From assembly GCF_009914755.1 (NCBI RefSeq), contig NC_060936.1: 64,000 nt of DNA; one strand, 5' to 3'. The stretch is from the human T2T-CHM13v2.0 reference genome, Homo sapiens. The translations under genes and the position numbers were made by a program. Positions 58,510-64,000 of the stretch are shown here, one piece after another (position 1 is the stretch's first letter; each line of letters begins with the position of its first letter). Below the pieces are notes generated by a model. That model saw nothing but the letters and a program-made list of their open reading frames with translations. It was not told where the DNA came from and did not search any database.

Positions 58510-59003
58510 CAAATTGACTCAGGTATGTTTTTATTAGTAGTAACCGATAATATCAAGTAACAAAAATAAGTGGCATCCAAATGACTGTCAAACTTTCTTA
58601 ATTTTCTTCAATAATACTGCCAACAAAATTAACTTTAAAAAAATTATAACTCCACAACACAGGCAATAATATGTTACCACGTGTAACTATAAATACATTT
58701 TTTTTCTTAATTTCATGTTTTCCACCTTTTTGGAAAAAGCATGTCAATAGTTCATTTGTGATTTGAGGAACTGTAAGATGACACTCACTGGAATGGCATA
58801 ATGTAGCCAATAGCAGAAATAAGTCTGCTGGTGTAAAATCTTGAAATTAACAGCAACGTTAATTTCTCCACAGTCTTTAAATTTTTTGCGAAGAGAAAAA
58901 TACACAAAATAATCCTTGTATTTTCTTCTGTGTTTCAAAATGTGCCATAAAGTAAATCCTTTGATCAGAATCTGCATATTATGACTGCCATCCTTTTGCA
59001 GCT
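58510..59003 (-). other. Candidate alternative terminal exon (or 215-nt cassette ending at 58789)
   Basis: tcttaccttgctttgcag|AGCTGC; internal donor CCA|gtgagt at 58788; UTR-like U-rich continuation; AATAAA(-) at 58530-58535. Confidence 0.45.
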
Positions 59004-60450
59004 CTGCAAAGCAAGGTAAGATAGCTCAGCATAGCTTTTATCTGCAAGGATTCCCTGAGGCAGTTTCTGTAAAAGGGTTAATGACAGATGTTTCCATTAA
59101 ATCTGACCTACCTCTTAATTTTGCCATTGCCTGATAATATCCTGGCTTTGTGCTTATTTGCATGGGCAAATGGAGTCACTCCATAACAAGTAACACATCG
59201 TCCTCACTGAAACAAAAGGTCAATTCATTTTAAACCGATGTGCACAATATTTTTTGTAGTTGTAGTTTAAAAAAAAAATCCTCTTTCACACAATGCTACT
59301 ATTTACAATGAATTAAAAGCTCTGTTTTCTGAAACCCTGGACACAATGTACATCTGCAGGCAGAGACCAGTACTACCAATAGAAATCAATACATCCCCTC
59401 GTAGGTAACCCACTAGAAAAATCACTTCTGTCTCTAGGATGCCCCACTTGTTTTTATACTAAATACAACAGGACACAGTAAATTTTCTTTGCTGGTAAGT
59501 TAGCTGAGAACTTCAAAATGCTAGCAGCACTTTCTTGTTTATTGAGTGTTATTACTTTTGCAAAGAAAAAAATTCTGTAAGTATAGAGGAAATAGTTATT
59601 GTCTCAGGTTGGTTAAAAGATACAGGCTTTTTAGCCTTTAGGATACCAGTCTAAAAGCTACAGTTTAGAAGTAGTCTTTTTACTCTAGGTAAAAAGAGTA
59701 AATGATCCTGAACCTTCATCAGGTTGCTGTAATAAGCCTATTAGTAAGTATATAAATAAATAAATAAATAAATATAGTTCATGCACAAGGTCCCATTGTA
59801 CATATGTAGTTACATACAAGGTTCCATTCCAGCTGCTGCTTCTGGTGGCAGGACCAAATAAGGTGAAAACTGATGTCAAGGGGCCTTTCCATGATTCCTA
59901 TGAAAAGATATCTCAAATATGTGCTTCCTGGAATTGTGAATAGTCTATAGCCAAGACTAAAGAAACACTGCATTAATCTAGCTATGCTATTTCATTTTAT
60001 TATAACATTTCAGGGGTTTAAAATTATCACTTGCTAGAGAAATACTCTCTACATAATTATATACAGTGCTTTACACATAGATACACATATACTGTATGCA
60101 TATTACATTTTATGTTCATCATTAGAGTCTGATCTCTAAGAGATTTCAATATTGAAATTCTGGCATTAAATTTCACCTTACTCTGAAAACGGCACTCCTG
60201 TGTTTTTGATAGAAAATCCATATTCACAGCACTCTCATCGCACCAAAATCTTTATCTGAAAAGGAAATAGGCTAGATTCATGCTTAGAAGAGTGGTACCT
60301 GCTAAATAGCCAATTTCTTCATTTGAGATAAATAAACCCCACACTTGGCGCTTGAGTATTTCAAGCCATTGAAACAATTTGGAAAACTCTACTTGCCTAG
60401 TCCAAGGTTTGGTTTTTTTAATGAATTTGCAAAGAAAATTCTATTCTCAC

Positions 60451-60469
60451 CATGCTGCCTCAACTTTGT
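60451..60469 (-). other. Candidate 19-nt microexon ACAAAGTTGAGGCAGCATG
   Basis: ttccttcctcatctacctcattttcag| acceptor and ATG|gtgaga donor 19 nt apart. Confidence 0.5.
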
Positions 60470-61094
60470 CTGAAAATGAGGTAGATGAGGAAGGAACAGT
60501 AAGTGACTCCCTGCAACAAGCCCAGGAAGGACTCTTCTCAGCAGGTGTGTGTGTGTGATGGGGAATGGCATGTTGCCCCCTCCCATAGGAAGCCCATATC
60601 TGACCCCCTGCCCCAACCTCAAACCTGGATTCACTCCAAGTTTGAGAGTCTACAAGTCTCCAGGGAAGGGAATCACATCTCCTCTGCCAGTTCCTGGTGG
60701 ATAGTCATTTAAAGTGCAACCCACAATCAAGAGTATAAAAAACAAATGAAACCCAAACATATTTACTGAATACATCGTTAATGGAAGATTCCAGGTACTG
60801 TGAAGGATACTGTGGGAGAAAGACATGGTTCCCTTTCTTCACAAATTTATAGCTTCCTTATTATAAGGAGTTAAACAGTAGTATCAGACAATAAAAATGA
60901 TATAAAAATGTAAACAATAATAAATTACATGAATGGAATTGTCTATGCTGAGCAGTGAAAGACATTAGGGATTTTAATCAGGTGATGCATAGATACATAA
61001 GTCCAGTTTTGTGCCTAGAGTAAATCAGCAACTAAAGTGAAATCTCAACAGTGGGTGATTTGTATCATACTTTTATAGTAAGTTGAAATAGTTA

Positions 61095-61345
61095 TAATAA
61101 ATGACAGCATTTATTGAGCATCTATTGTGTGCCAAAAACTATACACAGCAGTCTATATATTTGTGTCATGTAACCTTCACAATAGCACTATGAAGTAGAT
61201 ACAATTATTATCCCATTTTATGGATAACAAAACTGAGGCTTGAAAAGATTACATACTTCCCCAAGGCCACAGAGCTAGGAAGTGGTGGAGCCAGGAATTG
61301 CACCTATGCGTTTGTACTGCACTCTTATACTCTCAACCATGACAC
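61095..61345 (-). mobile_element. MIR
   Basis: atttattgagcatctattgtgtgcc...attatcccattttatggataacaaaactgaggct...cccaaggccacagagctag. Confidence 0.82.
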
Positions 61346-61481
61346 CTCTCCGGCAGGTGCATGGGCTTTGGAATCAGACAGAATGGGATAACAGTCCATA
61401 TTCTTATATACACTCCATATATTTGCTATGTGAGCTTAGGCAAAGTTCTTACATTTTTTAAGTAGAAAAATAATACTATTC

Positions 61482-61990
61482 TGTTATCAGGGAGATCAGT
61501 TGTTTTGTCCTGACTGGCATGTCTCCTGGTAAAAGACCCATCTTTTCCTACGGGAAACAACTAGACCTCCATTCTCAAACAAGAGTTAGGCATAGGACCA
61601 TACCCTAGCCAAAGAGCACGTCATCTTCTCAGCCTCGAGGATGGGTTCAGGTATGGACCCACTCAAGCCAAACTAATGGGTTCTCTATGCGGGACTTCGA
61701 TAAAGCTATAAAGAAAGAAACTCTAGCTTTTTAATTTTAGGATATGGATTGGAGCTGCTTGGGCAGAAACCACATGGACAAAGGTTGCTTAAAAATGAAG
61801 CTAACACAGAGAAAGGCAAAGAAAGACGAGAGACGATGACAGCAACTGAGCCCTGTGATCTGGTCATGCTTAAAGCTAGGAAGTTCCTGAAATTGCCATT
61901 TATTTGAAACAAAAACACCCCCTTCCTTTTTATGATCAAACATATTCAGATTGTGTTTCTGTCACTTATAACCAAAAGAGCCCAGTATCA
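61482..61990 (+). mobile_element. MaLR solo LTR (old MLT1-type)
   Basis: 3' end tgtttctgtcacttataaccaaaagagccc typical of MLT1. Confidence 0.65.
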
Positions 61991-62501
61991 CCTCACAGAA
62001 ACAATGTGTGGGAAGAGCTCAAGGTAATACCTGCAATTAGTAAGGACCCAGTGAATGTTGGCTGCTTTCCTCCTCCTTTTTTTTTTGTAATTGCTATTGT
62101 CAAGTTTCCACACAAAAATTGGGGATCTTTGGATAAAAAAGGACGAAGAGAAGAAATTACCATGTGACAGTTTCCCCATACAAGGCACAAGCAGAGAACA
62201 AGGGGACAAATTTTAAGGATCCATAAGTATCCCGTAAGTATTAAGTATTAAGGGACACCAAAAGTCAGCCTCCCTTTCTTCCAAGCTAATCTTAGCAGTC
62301 CCAATTAGCTTCTCTGGGCCTTCAGAGGAGCCAGCACACCAAACCATCCATTATTGCCATGTATCCACTTTGTAGTCACAATGTTTGGTCATATCCAATG
62401 ATTATGGATATGGAGGTCATATCCATAATCCAAATGATTATCCAGGCAGAAATAACATTTAATGAAAACCAAGGCCCTACTTTACTTACCTACTGCTAAA
62501 A

Positions 62502-62550
62502 TACCAATGATAACGTTTGCACAAAGTACCAATGATAACGTTTGCACAAA
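62502..62550. repeat. Tandem duplication, 25-bp period
   Basis: taccaatgataacgtttgcacaaa twice. Confidence 0.95.
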
Positions 62551-64000
62551 ACATAGGGCATCACACAAAAGCTAAGCAATTTGGTTCTGAGAACTTTCTT
62601 CCATGTTACCCAAAAGTCTAAAGTCAGTAATTAAGTCCCTAGTCATAACTGAATCACTTAAGGTTTACATGATCACCATATACCTATTGCTTCAATATGA
62701 CAGAAAAAAAAAAAAAACAAAACCTTTCTCTTTTCTGTTTCCTCCTTTCAACAGGCCCTATAATGTAAGAAGCAAGAATGGTTCCAGAGGAACTGTTGTG
62801 AGCCACTGCATCAATCATAGGAACATTAAAACACTGCTTGCTAGTCATTACTATATGAAGTATTCTCTTGCTCTGTGGAAAATGGTTTCAAATAATTGTG
62901 TCTGAATGAGAGTTTTGTTCTTGTTTCATATAGCCATTTGAGAGAGGAAAAAATGTAGAAAAGAAGATAGATTAAAAAAACAATATTAACAAAGTTGCAT
63001 CAACTAATTGCCATCAAATGGTATCATCATCTTTGTACAGGGTGTACATATTGTAGGCTCATAGGCTTAAGAGGCAGACTGACATCCCAATAAGATAGTT
63101 GCCAAAATGATGTACAATAGTAACAAGAAAGGCACAAGAATCTGGCCCACCTAAGCAAAGAAAAGTCTCCTCTCACTTCAAAAATCTATTATTTTTGCCA
63201 GGCTGCTCCATTGCAGAGCTAATAAGCATGACTAGAATAAAGCTTAAAATGATTTCTACCTTTATTTCTAACTTCTCTTTCTGGTTTCAGCAAAGTTGAT
63301 CTTTACCATTGATAGTTTATGGTTTGTGTTAGAGAATGCTATGTGATATAAGGACAATGTAGTTGTTTGCCGAAAAGAAATTCACTGGACTACTGGTCAA
63401 ATATCAGTAGCTCTAAATGTTTCTGTGTGACAGGGACTGATGAAGGAATATATTACAGTGTCTTAAGCTCAAGCCAACTGAGACTCAGACCATTACTATA
63501 GACCGGAGTTCTTCAACTATGCTTCCTCTGTAGGAAAAAGAGCTAGGCAGAAGGGTGGGGCCTCCTGACAGCTTTGTAAAGACGTGGTCCTGAAGTGTTA
63601 GAGCTTGCCAGTGGGCCACCCACAGAAAATTCTGCTTATATGTAGCATCATACTAAGTTATAAGAAAATAAGTGAAGGAAGTATCCAGGCTAGCAACTCC
63701 TTCAGAGAAGTTCTCAGGCTTAGAAACTGAACAGGGAATTATGAGATGGGATGCTGCCAATCTTTTATGGAGTGGCCCTGGGCAAGTTATTTTGTGTCTC
63801 ATATTCTTCGGCTACAGACTGTGGTTAACACTGCTACTATTGATAACAAAAACATCCTAACAACAACTCCTGGGAACAATATTGTGAGGATTTGTGTTTG
63901 TACAGTGATTTAAGAATGAGGGAAGAAAGGCACAATGTTATACTATTACCAAGCGCTTTATCAACCAGTATATTGCATAATGTGTTATAATGTACCATGT

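Noticed and set aside
58744-58977. 77-aa ORF within the candidate exon as a protein domain
   Set aside because: Composition mirrors AT-rich UTR sequence; no recognisable family

Overview
Primate, most likely human, AT-rich genomic DNA; an AluYa5-lineage element with intact CpGs points to human. None of the supplied ORFs looks like a real protein: they are Alu/L1 translations or chance ORFs. 1-6.6 kb is a decayed, rearranged old L1 with nested insertions. 7-33 kb is intergenic, with Alu/L1/L2/MIR/MLT1 elements and two repeat-free, motif-dense enhancer-like blocks (about 15.8-18.1 kb and 20.5-22.9 kb). 33.7-64 kb appears to be the 3' end of a minus-strand gene that I cannot name. It has a repeat-free ~5-6 kb 3'UTR-like last exon (acceptor at 39860; PUM, RBFOX and AATAAA motifs) and, upstream, a ladder of candidate alternative 3' exons (44583, 51007, 57269, 59003) plus a 19-nt microexon (60451-60469). 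The best second-look items are this alternative-tail architecture, hairpins in the UTR (one occluding an AAUAAA), templated-insertion scars in the L1/Alu block, a CpG-retaining fold-back at 22.6-22.7 kb, and composite nuclear-receptor and SOX-OCT motifs. I cannot demonstrate a new biological system from sequence alone. Exon calls rest on motifs only, and old-repeat boundaries and subfamilies are approximate.
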